Shown here piece by piece: positions 16,560 through 27,900 of a stretch of DNA of 64,000 nt. Below the pieces are notes generated by a model. The model saw only the letters and a list, made by a program, of their open reading frames with translations. It did not search any database and had not been told where the DNA came from. The stretch comes from a virus (taxonomy: Duplodnaviria; Caudoviricetes): the IMG/VR virus record IMGVR_UViG_3300028048_000096, positions 1-64,000 of that record. One strand, given 5' to 3'. Position 1 is the stretch's first letter; each line of letters starts with the position of its first letter. Made by a program: the position numbers and the translations under genes.

Positions 16560-16817
16560 TTAATAAATTACATCATGCATAGACGGAAGTGCACAATGAC
16601 ATATTCCACTTGCATGCGGGTTATTTCTGGGATTATTATTACAATTCCTACACGGGTCAAACTGCGACCACGCATAGATTTCATCATAAAGTGGAGTTAT
16701 TTTTATCAAAGGCACATAAACTATTCCAATATCATTTTTATCTTTTGTGTTTATACCTGTTGAAGTTGATGTAGTTATTGAAGGAGTGTAGCTCCAATCA
16801 TCATTAATTATAACCAT
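16560..16817 (-). CDS. Cys-rich hypothetical protein
   Basis: CRNCNNNPRNNPHASGICHCALP, paralogous to the C-terminal half of 12609-12959. Confidence 0.65.
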   Translation of the reverse strand: MVIINDDWSYTPSITTSTSTGINTKDKNDIGIVYVPLIKITPLYDEIYAWSQFDPCRNCNNNPRNNPHASGICHCALPSMHDVIY

Positions 16818-16837
16818 TTTTCACCTCTATTCCCAAA

Positions 16838-17071
16838 CTATTCTCCTGTAATCCACCAAGGTACTTCCGTTGACTTAACGGCAGTCGGTCTATTATTAAG
16901 TATATCTTGTGATTCTAAACTAACCAATGGACAAAATTTAGGTTTTGAACCACCCAAATATTTAAATCGTGAACCATCGCTATCCATATAAGCATAACAC
17001 CACTTATCTTGATAAAAGCGACAATCTATACAGCGCTCCGGCATCTCCATATCTTTTATATATACTTCCAT
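16838..17071 (-). CDS. Cys-rich hypothetical protein
   Basis: MEMPERCIDCRF...CPL. Confidence 0.65.
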   Translation of the reverse strand: MEVYIKDMEMPERCIDCRFYQDKWCYAYMDSDGSRFKYLGGSKPKFCPLVSLESQDILNNRPTAVKSTEVPWWITGE

Positions 17072-17082
17072 TTTATTCTCCT

Positions 17083-17340
17083 TTAGTACATAAGAGGATA
17101 CTTACTTAAACCTTTATAAAAACATCCAAGCTCCTTAAACTCTTCATCAGATAAACCAAAAACTTCAAAATAACTCCAGTCATAGCAAATATCAATTGTG
17201 AGAATTGGGTCTGAATAGATGGTTTCCATCTCATCACCAGCGAGATTTCTACAGTTATAAAGACCACAATCTCCACCTTCATAATTCTCTTTAATAACTT
17301 CTTTTGCAATTTCAAGCTTTGTTTTCTTCATCTTGGTCAC
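17083..17340 (-). CDS. Hypothetical protein
   Basis: 85 aa ORF. Confidence 0.6.
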   Translation of the reverse strand: MTKMKKTKLEIAKEVIKENYEGGDCGLYNCRNLAGDEMETIYSDPILTIDICYDWSYFEVFGLSDEEFKELGCFYKGLSKYPLMY

Positions 17341-17557
17341 ACTCCCTTATAATAATTTTTTCATATTTGATATGACTTAAAGGAGTCTCTAACTCTTCTA
17401 TCGAAAATGGATGAAGTAAAGGACACTTTGTTGCCAAATCATCACGATATCCTTCATAAGCTGGAGCCGTTCTTGGACACATATATGATGCCCTTATCCA
17501 ACTGGGACAATTTTTACAGTCATATCTATCATTATCAACTCGTATATATGTAGTCAT
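17312..17557 (-). CDS. Cys-rich hypothetical protein
   Basis: CKNCP...CP...CPL. Confidence 0.6.
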   Translation of the reverse strand: MTTYIRVDNDRYDCKNCPSWIRASYMCPRTAPAYEGYRDDLATKCPLLHPFSIEELETPLSHIKYEKIIIRECDQDEENKA

Positions 17558-17814
17558 AAAAACTCCTTAATATAAATAAACTATTGTATAAACTAAAACC
17601 AAAAAACTACCAATAAATTTTAAAAAGGTAAGCACTGCATAATATATAACGCTTTCATCTTCTTGAAGAGTCATCATATAAAGTGATAATTCTTCCCAAA
17701 GACCAACCATTATAAGAGCTATTCCAACTATTGCTAACATACGCATAATTCTCCTTTTTATATTCTATATATATTATAGCAAATTTTTTCATAAAATTCA
17801 AATTTAGAAGTTGT

Positions 17815-17970
17815 ATGTAGAAGTGCGGCCGGTCGCTATATCCTAGGATGCCACAGAGCCAGTGCACATCCACTACCAGGATGCCGCTCGCCGAAGGCCA
17901 CAACGTCCAACTTCTGCGTCATAGCAAAAATTCTCTACATATTAAATTATGCGCGCCTGTGTTGCGCGCG
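17815..17970 (-). ncRNA. Candidate small RNA with its own promoter
   Basis: GC-rich non-coding stretch bounded by ATGTAGA/TCTACAT, directly after a perfect TTGACA-17-TATAAT. Confidence 0.45.
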
Positions 17971-18043
17971 ATTATATCTGAATTTTTTCTCAATGTCAAA
18001 TTTCCAAATAAAATTTGACAAAATCTCAAATTTATCATATAAT
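17971..18043. promoter_or_regulatory. Divergent pair of sigma-A-type promoters at the strand switch
   Basis: Minus strand TTGACATTGAGAAAAAATTCAGATATAAT; plus strand TTGACAAAATCTCAAATTTATCATATAAT. Confidence 0.8.
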
Positions 18044-18074
18044 ATAAAGAGAATGATAAAAGGAGAAAAAATCA

Positions 18075-18506
18075 ATGGATTCAAAACTTGGCAATTTAAA
18101 ACTTTATGATGAAATCGTAGGCACGGTAGTTGCCAACGTTTTAGCAGAGTCTGCACGTACAGACAATAAAATTTATCTTAAATGGTTTCAGTCAGACCAA
18201 CCATCTCACAGCGTCTATTTTGAAGGCGCATCTATCGCGGCCGCAGTATTAAAAACTCAAATATATATGGATATGCCACTTCATAAGTATATCCTTTTTA
18301 AACTCAAGAATTGGCGCCGCCGCAAACTACTCAAGTGGGTACGTACAAAAGATGTGCCAGAGTCTGCAACTCAAATTCAACTAATCATAAACCATATCTC
18401 AACCCATTTCGAATTAGCTCTCGAAACAGGTGCAATTTGGAGAGATATAAACTATCGTTATTATACGAAAAAGAAAGGAGCAACTGATGAAAGTAGTAAT
18501 AATTAA
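18075..18506 (+). CDS. Hypothetical protein
   Basis: 143 aa ORF, RBS AGGAGA. Confidence 0.75.
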   Translation: MDSKLGNLKLYDEIVGTVVANVLAESARTDNKIYLKWFQSDQPSHSVYFEGASIAAAVLKTQIYMDMPLHKYILFKLKNWRRRKLLKWVRTKDVPESATQIQLIINHISTHFELALETGAIWRDINYRYYTKKKGATDESSNN

Positions 18507-19032
18507 CGGCCATGCGGGATGTGGAAAGTCAACCTTTATAGACCTTTGTAGAAAACACCCAAAGGCAGATGTATATGAATTCTCAATGGTTGATGCTGCC
18601 AAAGCAATGGCTAAAGTAGTAGGGTGGACGGAAAAACAAAAAAGTCCAAAAGACCGTAAGTTTTTAAGTGACCTCAAAGATTTAATTGATGAATATAATG
18701 ATGGGTCATTTGAATATTTGAAGTTTCTATTACATAACTATGTATATTGCCACGATTTAGATAAGGAAGTCGTCGTATTTATAAATGCGCGCGAGGCCGC
18801 AGATATTAAACGACTTTGCGATACCTTCAATGCAAAAAGTCTTGTTATAAGACGTAAAGAGGTAGAGTCAATTCCAGCATCAAATCATGCAGATGCAAAT
18901 TGGTGGAATTACTCATATGATTATGCTGTTGATAATAATGATGGATTAGAATTTTTGGAAAAGAATAGTCAAAACTTTATTGATTTTATTTTAAAAGAAG
19001 ATTGGGAATATGACCAGGAGAATGAAGAATGA
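18487..19032 (+). CDS. P-loop nucleotide kinase-like protein
   Basis: GHAGCGKST Walker A; dNMP-kinase-like size and C-terminal H..D...DY..DN. Confidence 0.7.
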   Translation: MKVVIINGHAGCGKSTFIDLCRKHPKADVYEFSMVDAAKAMAKVVGWTEKQKSPKDRKFLSDLKDLIDEYNDGSFEYLKFLLHNYVYCHDLDKEVVVFINAREAADIKRLCDTFNAKSLVIRRKEVESIPASNHADANWWNYSYDYAVDNNDGLEFLEKNSQNFIDFILKEDWEYDQENEE

Positions 19033-19196
19033 TAAGAGATTCGGTATCTATGAGTGAAGAACTTTATGAAAAAATAAAGAGTGGTCAAGTTGAAAAAATA
19101 GAAGTTAATGGATATAACGACTATACATATATTTATGAATTAGTTAAAATAGAAAGAAAAGGAAGGACGTATAACTATGAAAGGAATGATTACTAA
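19029..19196 (+). CDS. Small hypothetical protein (55 aa)
   Basis: MIRDSVSMSEELYEK...YERNDY; overlaps upstream stop. Confidence 0.5.
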   Translation: MIRDSVSMSEELYEKIKSGQVEKIEVNGYNDYTYIYELVKIERKGRTYNYERNDY

Positions 19197-19266
19197 TTTG
19201 GGAACATGGTTTGGTTCACATTTTATGTAGCATATCTTAATATTTTCTACTTATATATAGAACAAA

Positions 19267-20226
19267 GTGGAGGATAAGAATATGCCTTTAAAAGATATGA
19301 CAGGCCAAAAATTTGGACGTTTAACAGTTTTATATAGAGATGAGTCTAAACCAAAAGGGCATGGATGTCCAGTATACTGGGTATGTAGATGTGACTGTGG
19401 GAATATTACCTCTGTAAGTCGTACTAATTTAATGAATAATTCAATTAAATCTTGCGGCTGCTTACAAAAAGAAATGCAAGAACAGCGAGCAAAACAAACA
19501 TTAAAAGATTTAACCGGGCAGAAGTTTGGACGTCTGACGGTTCTGCATAGAGACGAATCTAGACCAAAAGGGCATGGTCATAAAGCTTATTGGGTTTGTC
19601 AATGTGAATGCGGAAATATTAAATCAATAATAGGAACTCACTTAAGGGACGGTTCGACTCAATCTTGCGGCTGCTTACAACGAGAGAGAACAAGCGAGGC
19701 CGCATCAGTAGATTTAACTGGACAACAGTTTGGTTTTCTTATTCCGTTATATAAATTAGATGAGAGAAAATGGGGCAAAACTATTTGGCATTGTAAATGT
19801 TTAAACTGTGGCGAAGAAACTGATGTTCTTCATTCATATTTAACTACTGGAGAAACTAAGTCTTGTGGATGTATTAGACGTTCTTATGGAGAAGAAAAAA
19901 TTAATACTATCTTGATTGAAAATAATGTTGATTTTAAAAAAGAGTATACTTTTGATGATTGTTTATCTCGACGGAATGTAAAATTACGTTTTGATTTTGC
20001 AATTTTTAAAAATAAACAATTATATTGTTTAATAGAATTTCAAGGTGATCAACATATAAAATCTGTTGAGTGGTTTGGTGGAGAAGAAAATTTGAAACTA
20101 ACACAAGAACGTGATAATATAAAAAGAGAATATTGTAAAAAAAATAATATTCCTCTTATAGAGATACCTTATCGTGATAAGAATAAATTAACTTGGGAAT
20201 ACTTAAAGGAGAAATGTAATTTATGA
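19267..20226 (+). mobile_element. Free-standing homing endonuclease (three Cys-rich DLTGQKFGRLTV repeats plus PD-(D/E)XK/Vsr-like domain)
   Basis: Repeats with CxCxCG...SCGC; C-terminal GE..I...LRFDF...IEFQGDQH...D..K..YC. Confidence 0.75.
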
Positions 20227-21362
20227 ATTGTATAATTGAAAATATAGATTTTTATAACTTAGATGCGATGCGTTATTATAGTCCTCCAAACAGTTGGAGT
20301 ATAGAAAAACGCAAGGATAATGCAGTGAGTAAAATTTTTAGTTCATTTTGGTGGGGCGCGAGAAAAGTCGACGGGTGCTTTGCCATGTGTGGTAAAAATT
20401 TAGATGGCGAAATTTTCTTGCGCCCGCGCGCGAAAAACGTAAAAGGTGAATATGTAAATAAGGTAGATTGGGTACCACAGTTCCACTCAATTCTTAATGA
20501 ACTTGAACCAGGAACTGTATTGCTTGGAGAAGTATATCTTCCAAGAGACGAACAGGCAAAAACCACAACTTCAATAATGAACTGTTTATTGAATAAATCA
20601 CTCGCGCGCCAAAGCAAAGAAGAGGACAAACTTCATTTATACGTATTTGATATACTCGCTGATGCAGGTGAATCATATTTAAATATGAAAGCAATAGACC
20701 GTTTCCTTCGACTGAGTGATTATGAGAAGAAATATCAGTCAGCGTATGTAGAATGGGCTAAATATTACAATGGAAAAGAACTCTGGGATTTACTTCAACA
20801 GTTGCTTGCAGATGGATATGAGGGTGTTGTTATAACTCAAGAAGATGCAAAGTATCAACCAGGTAAGAGAAGTAATGCAGTTTCACTTAAAATAAAAAAG
20901 GAACTTCAAGATACAATTGATTGCGTAGTAATTGGAGCAAACCCGCCAAGTCGTTTATATACGGGTAAGGAAATTGAATCATGGCCTTATTGGTTTGATG
21001 AGATGACCAATACAAAAGTCGAGGTTACAGACTTTACAAATCCACAGAAGTCGATGTATAAGTCATATGTAGATGGCGCGCCGGTCATCCCAGTAACGAA
21101 AAACTGGTTTTATGGGTGGGCGGGCTCACTTAAACTCGGCGCATATAAAGATGGAAAATTAGTTGAGATTGGAAATCTGAGTGGAATAACTGATGAGGTT
21201 AAAGAAAATTGGCGAGATTATGTAGGTAAAGTTGTAGAAGTTACAGCTATGGAGATTATGACTAACCAACAAGGTGGATATGGTTTAAGGCATCCGAAAC
21301 TTTGTAATGTTAGGGATGATAAGGCTCCAACTGAATGTACTTGGGATTCAATTTTTAAATAA
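20223..21362 (+). CDS. ATP-dependent DNA ligase
   Basis: KVDG motif I, GEVY, VFDIL, EGVV, KIK, OB domain with LRHP. Confidence 0.88.
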   Translation: MNCIIENIDFYNLDAMRYYSPPNSWSIEKRKDNAVSKIFSSFWWGARKVDGCFAMCGKNLDGEIFLRPRAKNVKGEYVNKVDWVPQFHSILNELEPGTVLLGEVYLPRDEQAKTTTSIMNCLLNKSLARQSKEEDKLHLYVFDILADAGESYLNMKAIDRFLRLSDYEKKYQSAYVEWAKYYNGKELWDLLQQLLADGYEGVVITQEDAKYQPGKRSNAVSLKIKKELQDTIDCVVIGANPPSRLYTGKEIESWPYWFDEMTNTKVEVTDFTNPQKSMYKSYVDGAPVIPVTKNWFYGWAGSLKLGAYKDGKLVEIGNLSGITDEVKENWRDYVGKVVEVTAMEIMTNQQGGYGLRHPKLCNVRDDKAPTECTWDSIFK

Positions 21363-21371
21363 ATTAATGCG

Positions 21372-21400
21372 ATGGCCGCACATGTAAGTGCGGTCTTTTA
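21372..21400 (+). terminator. Intrinsic terminator
   Basis: GGCCGCAC-atgtaa-GTGCGGTC-TTTT. Confidence 0.7.
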
Positions 21401-21457
21401 TTTTATTCTCAAAATCAAAATTTGACAGTCTAATATGACCTATGATATAATATAATT

Positions 21458-21545
21458 AAAGGATAGGATAAAAAAGTCGATATCGCAAGCTACTGTACTA
21501 GCATAACCCATAGGCTACAGATGTGGGAGATTTATCCTATCTTTT
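21458..21545 (+). ncRNA. Candidate small RNA (~90 nt)
   Basis: TTGACA-18-TATAAT at 21422-21451, then AAAGGATAGGATAAA...TTTATCCTATCTTTT; no ORF. Confidence 0.5.
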
Positions 21546-21605
21546 ATACATTAATTTTAGAGAGGGTTAATGTAAGTCATAAGAACGGAAAATGTGACAA
21601 AAAGA

Positions 21606-21642
21606 AAAGAACGTGATATTGAGGGACTCACGTTCTTTTTTT
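21606..21642. terminator. Bidirectional terminator
   Basis: AAAAGAACGTGA...TCACGTTCTTTT between convergent units. Confidence 0.75.
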
Positions 21643-21653
21643 ATTTATTTAAA

Positions 21654-23456
21654 TTAGCGAGGCATACCTGCAATATATATACTCCAGCCTGTTATTGAAG
21701 TAGAAGATATTGTTGCACCTGAAATTTCCTGCAATTCCACAGCGGTTCCGCTACTTTTAAAACCACCTGTACTTAATAATGTACCAGAATAGGCACCTGT
21801 AACTACGGGGATAGCATTATCATCAAAAGCAGTTATGCTTGTCATTGAGTCATAAGGAATTGTAAAATCTTTTATTCTCCTATACCAACCATTTGCACTA
21901 TTAGAAGTAGCATTAGTAAAATTAACACTACCACGATACCACACTTCTTGGAAACCGCTATTCCATTTACGATAACGCCATAAGCCTGAACCATTTGTAG
22001 ATTCAGTAACGGTTCCTTGAGCAGTTATATAATCAACTTTTTGAGCCAGTAAATTAGAACTGGTTCCATCATAAGTCCCATTCCAATAAGCCAAAGTATA
22101 TTTATCAATTAAATAATTACTATTGGCTCCGTTGTTCCATTGTAAACTGCCTTGATTATGAAAAATAGCATTATGGCCATTAAGACAAATTGGCAACGGG
22201 TTGTTACCAAGAGATGTATTAATAAAGTTTAGTTGTCCGCCAATATTAATGCCACCACTAGGCGCAGTAGTTAACAAACCAATTCCCTTTCCATCTGCAG
22301 CTATATCTATAACATAAAAAGTAGCAGATATAAAACTAATTTTCGTTTGTTCATAAGAAGCATAATCACTATTTCTTACTTTAACTTGAATATCATATTG
22401 ATTATCAGTTAAATTATTACTATCTGTACCAATCGTAGTCTCATAAGTTGTTTCGCTTGAATCAATCCATGTTTCTTCTGAACTAGTATCTCCTGATGCT
22501 TTAATATATATCCAATTTTGACTAGTACTTAATTTATAAGCGATTGATAGTTGAGTGGTAGAAATAACTTTTCCATCATTACCTTTAGTCCAATTTATAG
22601 TAATTGTAGCTTGAGAATTATTATTTTCTAAACGTTTTCCTTCTAAAGATGTAATTTGTGGTGGAATATAAGCTAATTTCCAACTTGCAACAAGTTCTTT
22701 ACTATCCGTGACATTAGAAATTGTATCACCTGGCTGATATAATGTGCTACCATCTAACCATCCAAGAAAGTCATAATTTGTTCGAGTAGGTGGTGTAGAT
22801 GGAATTGCAAAAGAAGTACTTGTTGTTGTATTATAAATAGTATTTGTTTGAGACGCTGGTGCGCCGCTACCGCTATTGGCATTATACGAAAGAGTTATAT
22901 CTTTTTGCCATATACCATATAAAGTCGCGGCGGCTTCATCAGTATAATACCCACCTGCATTATATCGTGCGGAAGTAGATGTGGCATAAATATTCCATCC
23001 GATAAAAGTCCACCCAGTAACAGACATTGCGTCTCGTAAAACTAATCCCTCTCCATACCATTTCGTTTGAGCAGCGGGGGCTGTGCCATGCCCGTTAGCT
23101 TTATAAGAAATTGTATATGAAGTTTGTGCACTTACTGATACTGTACAACTACCTGTAGGATTACTGTAATATGTACTATAATTAGTAATACCACCTGTTG
23201 CAGTTAGTGATTGAGCATTATGAGTTTTGGTAATAGTAAAATCTGCATAGCCCATTGTTTGGGCGGAAGTAGAGGTAGTATAAGCATGAGTAAAATACTT
23301 TGTAGTACCATTCAATGTTATATAACAGTTATTTGAAGATGGCGAGCTCTTCCAAGTTTCTCCATTGCCATAATACGTCATTGTGACTCTAATTGTTGCT
23401 GAGGTATCGCCATTAGAGGTCGTTGTATATGATAAAGTTATGCTTCCTTTTGCCAT
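21654..23456 (-). CDS. Tail/baseplate protein with Listeria-Bacteroides repeat domains
   Basis: Two Y.AN.G..AP..Q...GY/WTF.GW repeats; C-terminal YRKWNSG..E.W fibre-tip motif. Confidence 0.7.
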   Translation of the reverse strand: MAKGSITLSYTTTSNGDTSATIRVTMTYYGNGETWKSSPSSNNCYITLNGTTKYFTHAYTTSTSAQTMGYADFTITKTHNAQSLTATGGITNYSTYYSNPTGSCTVSVSAQTSYTISYKANGHGTAPAAQTKWYGEGLVLRDAMSVTGWTFIGWNIYATSTSARYNAGGYYTDEAAATLYGIWQKDITLSYNANSGSGAPASQTNTIYNTTTSTSFAIPSTPPTRTNYDFLGWLDGSTLYQPGDTISNVTDSKELVASWKLAYIPPQITSLEGKRLENNNSQATITINWTKGNDGKVISTTQLSIAYKLSTSQNWIYIKASGDTSSEETWIDSSETTYETTIGTDSNNLTDNQYDIQVKVRNSDYASYEQTKISFISATFYVIDIAADGKGIGLLTTAPSGGINIGGQLNFINTSLGNNPLPICLNGHNAIFHNQGSLQWNNGANSNYLIDKYTLAYWNGTYDGTSSNLLAQKVDYITAQGTVTESTNGSGLWRYRKWNSGFQEVWYRGSVNFTNATSNSANGWYRRIKDFTIPYDSMTSITAFDDNAIPVVTGAYSGTLLSTGGFKSSGTAVELQEISGATISSTSITGWSIYIAGMPR

Positions 23457-24983
23457 TTAGTTCACCACCTTTAACGATAAATGTCCATTTGAACGAGCTA
23501 TCCAAGTTAAACTGCCAGTCGTTCCTACTCTCATTCTTAAATTTTCAAACTCACCAAATGTTGTATGCATTAAATTACCTCTATATGTAGTTATGTTATT
23601 TTGATTAATAGATAACTCAATTATACTATCTGTAATTTTTATAGATGAAGCATTATTATTACTTTTTCTTTTTAATTGTATATATCCGGAAGTATCATTA
23701 GGCGTTGTGGCAATATAAAATTCATAGTTATTTATATAAGTAAACGCATTATTAATACGTTGCTTATTGTCAGTAATATTTTGATCAATTAAACTAAGCT
23801 GAGCAGTTAAATCTTTATTATTAAGTGTAATTGTATCAGCATTAATAGTTAATTTATTATCTTTAATTAAAATTTTATCTAAAATTTGAACAGAAATGTA
23901 CTCATCGTTTTGTAAACCAAAATTAAATTCAATTCCATTTGTCTCAAAATTAGAATTTGTAACTATGTCATAGTCTGTAAGAACTAGTCCATTAGTACCA
24001 ATTTTTATAGTACGATATTCGTCAATATTTATATATATATTACCATCATCAAAATACCAAGGTCCTATTTTCCCACTACCGGTATTTTCAAAATAAGTAG
24101 TTAATGTTGGTCCAAAAGCTAATTTGTCTGAGCCTATATATATACCATTATTACTTGAATCAGGAGAGTCATGACCATTTGAATATAGTTGGGTATTATT
24201 AATTTCAAAACCACCAATCGAACCAGATTCTGCATTTATTGTGCCACTTATATCTGCATTTGATGCATATAAATTACCATCAGAATCAACCGCAAAATTT
24301 GTTCCAATTATTTGTCTCCAATTTCTTTTTACAAAATTATCAATAGCAATAGCTCCTTGTGATGGAGTATAATATTCATAATATGACCCAATATCTTCTA
24401 TGGTTGGCGATGAAATAACCGTATAAGTATCATTTTCTTCATCATATTCATAATAGGTTTTATCATCTTCAATTTCTGTGTCTAAAGTCAATCTATAAAA
24501 TGATTCGATTTGACCCACAAAATCTGTTGATGATATATAAACAAAATCATTAGTATTCGGTTTACCTGCTTCAATTCCACCTTTAACTAGTTTTAAGCCA
24601 TTACTTGTAAGAGTTGCATCAGGAGTAGAAGTTGAAGAACCATAAAAATTTAAAACACTATCGGTTAATTCCATGGCTAATGCACCCTGAGTAACAATAT
24701 CCCCACTAATTGTAGGTGCCTTATAAAATTTTAATCCACCATTACTCCACTCAGATAAATCAGTCTCTCTAAATCTTAACTTAATCCCACTCGCGCCAAT
24801 GTGAGTATTGTATCCCCAAGTCTGTGGATTAGACATATTAAAATTGTCATCACCATTAATCACATTGGCGCTAGCAGGAGTAGTCTGCGTTCCATTAGCC
24901 CGATATACAAAATGTCCACCCAAAAGGGAGGTATATGCCGGTATTGTATTTAATTGTATACTAGATTCTGCATGTATTGCCAT
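23457..24983 (-). CDS. Tail protein
   Basis: ISGTINAESGSIGGF beta-repeat; C-terminal W..RSNGHLSLK typical of siphovirus tail proteins. Confidence 0.7.
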   Translation of the reverse strand: MAIHAESSIQLNTIPAYTSLLGGHFVYRANGTQTTPASANVINGDDNFNMSNPQTWGYNTHIGASGIKLRFRETDLSEWSNGGLKFYKAPTISGDIVTQGALAMELTDSVLNFYGSSTSTPDATLTSNGLKLVKGGIEAGKPNTNDFVYISSTDFVGQIESFYRLTLDTEIEDDKTYYEYDEENDTYTVISSPTIEDIGSYYEYYTPSQGAIAIDNFVKRNWRQIIGTNFAVDSDGNLYASNADISGTINAESGSIGGFEINNTQLYSNGHDSPDSSNNGIYIGSDKLAFGPTLTTYFENTGSGKIGPWYFDDGNIYINIDEYRTIKIGTNGLVLTDYDIVTNSNFETNGIEFNFGLQNDEYISVQILDKILIKDNKLTINADTITLNNKDLTAQLSLIDQNITDNKQRINNAFTYINNYEFYIATTPNDTSGYIQLKRKSNNNASSIKITDSIIELSINQNNITTYRGNLMHTTFGEFENLRMRVGTTGSLTWIARSNGHLSLKVVN

Positions 24984-24993
24984 ATTAACCTCC

Positions 24994-27900
24994 CTATTCA
25001 GATATATCTTCTAATTTTGCAGTCACAGTTACCGAATCAATAGCTGTTACACTATACACATTAGTATTTTTACCACTTAAACTGTCTAATGTTCCATTAA
25101 TATACCAATTAATTTGATAATTAAGAGCTTGAATTGCATTATATGGAGTCACTTCAGTCCCATTTTGATATAGATGTGCTGTTAAAGTAGCACTAATATT
25201 ACTACTATCATAACTAGGGCTATGATTAGAAGTAATTGTTAAAACCAATCCTTCCCCACCATCAACTTCGATATCATTAATTACATCATTAATATCTCCA
25301 GTTGTTGTCTGACCATCAATTTCATAGGTAAAAATAATATCTGCACCATTAATACGTAAATTTTTAGCACTTGGAATATCCTCATACCATCCTTCAATAT
25401 GTGGATTTTCATTCCCTTGCGGTTCAACTTCCGTATATACATTATTATTTTTACTATAATAGGTCTTATCATTATCGACTTGAGTATCTTGAGTTAATTC
25501 GTAATGCTCAGGAACAGTATAAAATGTAAGATAACGCGAAGCATCACCAATATACATATTATCAGTATATATACCTTGTGTTCCTTGTAAATAATTAGAA
25601 TATATGCTTCCTAAACCAAAACTATTAATTGGTGGAAGTGTACCTAAGATACCTCTAAAATTATAAGTAACTTTAATAGTATCATTTAAGTCTGGATGTA
25701 TCTCACTTTCAAATAATGAAATCGCCCTCTGCGGCAAGTTTACATAATTATCAGAACTATTAATTCCAATTCCATAATTATGAATTCCATCTTCATACCT
25801 ATCACTAGAGCGATAATATCCAAAGCTTATAAGTGAACCACCCTCAAGACTATCAACTGTATCTTGAGCTTGTAATGGTTTTAAAACAAAAGGTATTTCA
25901 CCATTTAAATCAGAATAAATACGAGTATAAGAGTCTGGTACACCAGCACTCTCTGGTGTTGCCTTATAAATTTCACTAATCTGCGCGACTAAGAAATTTT
26001 CACCCGTATTCTTAAGTTCTAATGAGAATAAAGCAAGGTTTCCAATATATTTTTCAATTGTATAATACCAAACTTCTCCAGTGCTGGTGTCTTCAAAACT
26101 TGTCTTTATTTCATCATAGATTATATCAGTTGTTTCTACACCTATATTCCGTATCTCAAGATTCATGTTCTTAATATAACCACGGTCATTGAAATATACT
26201 TCATACTTTGGCGCACCTAAAGTTATATCTAAATCTACATAATTCTGTAAATTTTCATACTTTGCTGCATCTTCTTGAGAATATTGTTCTGAGAAATGTA
26301 CTGTTGTATAATCAGGATAGAATTGTTCATAATAAATCTTTCCATCAACTGCTTCTATATCTTCAGTTAATACATATTCATCATTGACTAATTCATATAA
26401 ACCCCATGCCTCAGGATTAAAAGCAATCGGTCCTTCTGGATTGCCATCTTCACCAGGAGCAAATGGTCTATATCCATACTTAACTTCTCCCCAACTATCA
26501 TAAGTTGTATCAGGCTCATCACCCGCAATAAAATCTGCGGCCGCACCCTCTAAAGTAACTTCCTTACCACTCGCGCCTATAACTTTATAGACATGAGTCA
26601 GGCCGCCATCATTTAAAATAGTGCTTACATCAGAAGAAGCAGTATTGACATTACTTAACTTAACCCATTCATCAACTTGGAATAAATTAGGCTTTTCTAA
26701 AGTTAAGACAATATCATTATTTCTTATTCTCGCGCCCTTAATGGTTGTACTCGGTCTAAATAAGAACGCACCACCAACAGCTTCGATTTCATTATATTCG
26801 AATACAGCTGTTTTAATGGCTCCACGCACAGATACGTTATTAAAGATAGCGTCTCCATAACCGCTTATTGCCCATCCAGCAGTTGGATTATTTATATAAT
26901 CAGAAGAAGCAATTAATGAATCTGACCTATCGGGATAGCCTTGTAATACAATATACTTCTCTCCACCACCAACACGCAACTCATTCATAAAAGTTCCGCT
27001 TGTAGCATCAATACGACCGCTGAAATATCCATTTTCTGCATAAATATTTCCATGTATATTCGCTGCCATCGCATAAAGACGTCCGTCCGTATCAACACCA
27101 AAAGTATGACCTACAGCGATTGCCCAATCCCTTGTGCCCGTGGCATCTGCAATTGGGATTGAACTATTATATCCAGTTGACAAGAAGACTGAGCCTGGTC
27201 TACCAAATTCACCATTATGTAAATTGTTTTGACCAATTGTAAATCCACCGATTTCACCACCTGCCGCACGTATAATGCCGGCCATTGATATATCACCATT
27301 GTCATCAGTTTCAAAAACAGTCGCGCCTTCGTCATTTTTAATTCTAATTCCATATTTGTCATTATCATTAAATTTTCCGATTTTTATGCGCTCTGTTCCA
27401 TTCGCCACAACTTGGAAGTCGTCAGTAGAACTTATAGAAACATATCCATCTCTATATTTATTTTTAATAAAGAAGCCATCCCAAGTAAGACCAAAACTTG
27501 CTTTTTCTTTTATATCTTCTAAAGAGGTTGCTACATAATCCTCTCCGTTTTGGACTCCATAGAGTCCGTATTTATCATAACGGACGTAAGTATTTAAATC
27601 AATTTTTTTATTGTCTGTTGTACTCCTAAGTCTACGTCCAGGTGCGCTTTCTGTAAAACCATACGCACTAATTCCATTGCTATCCCAACGAAAACTTGGA
27701 CTCTCTCCGTCCATTATTGTAATATTTTGAGTATCAATTGAACCTGAAGTAAGCTTTTCAGTATTAATTCCCTGCGGTGAAACTAAATTTTGCCAAGTCG
27801 TTCCGCCGTCTTGGGAACTTTCAATTCCTCTACTTTTTATTATAAGTAAATTTCCGGGATTTGTCAAATTTCGTACAACTATTCCTTCATCAGTTACTTT

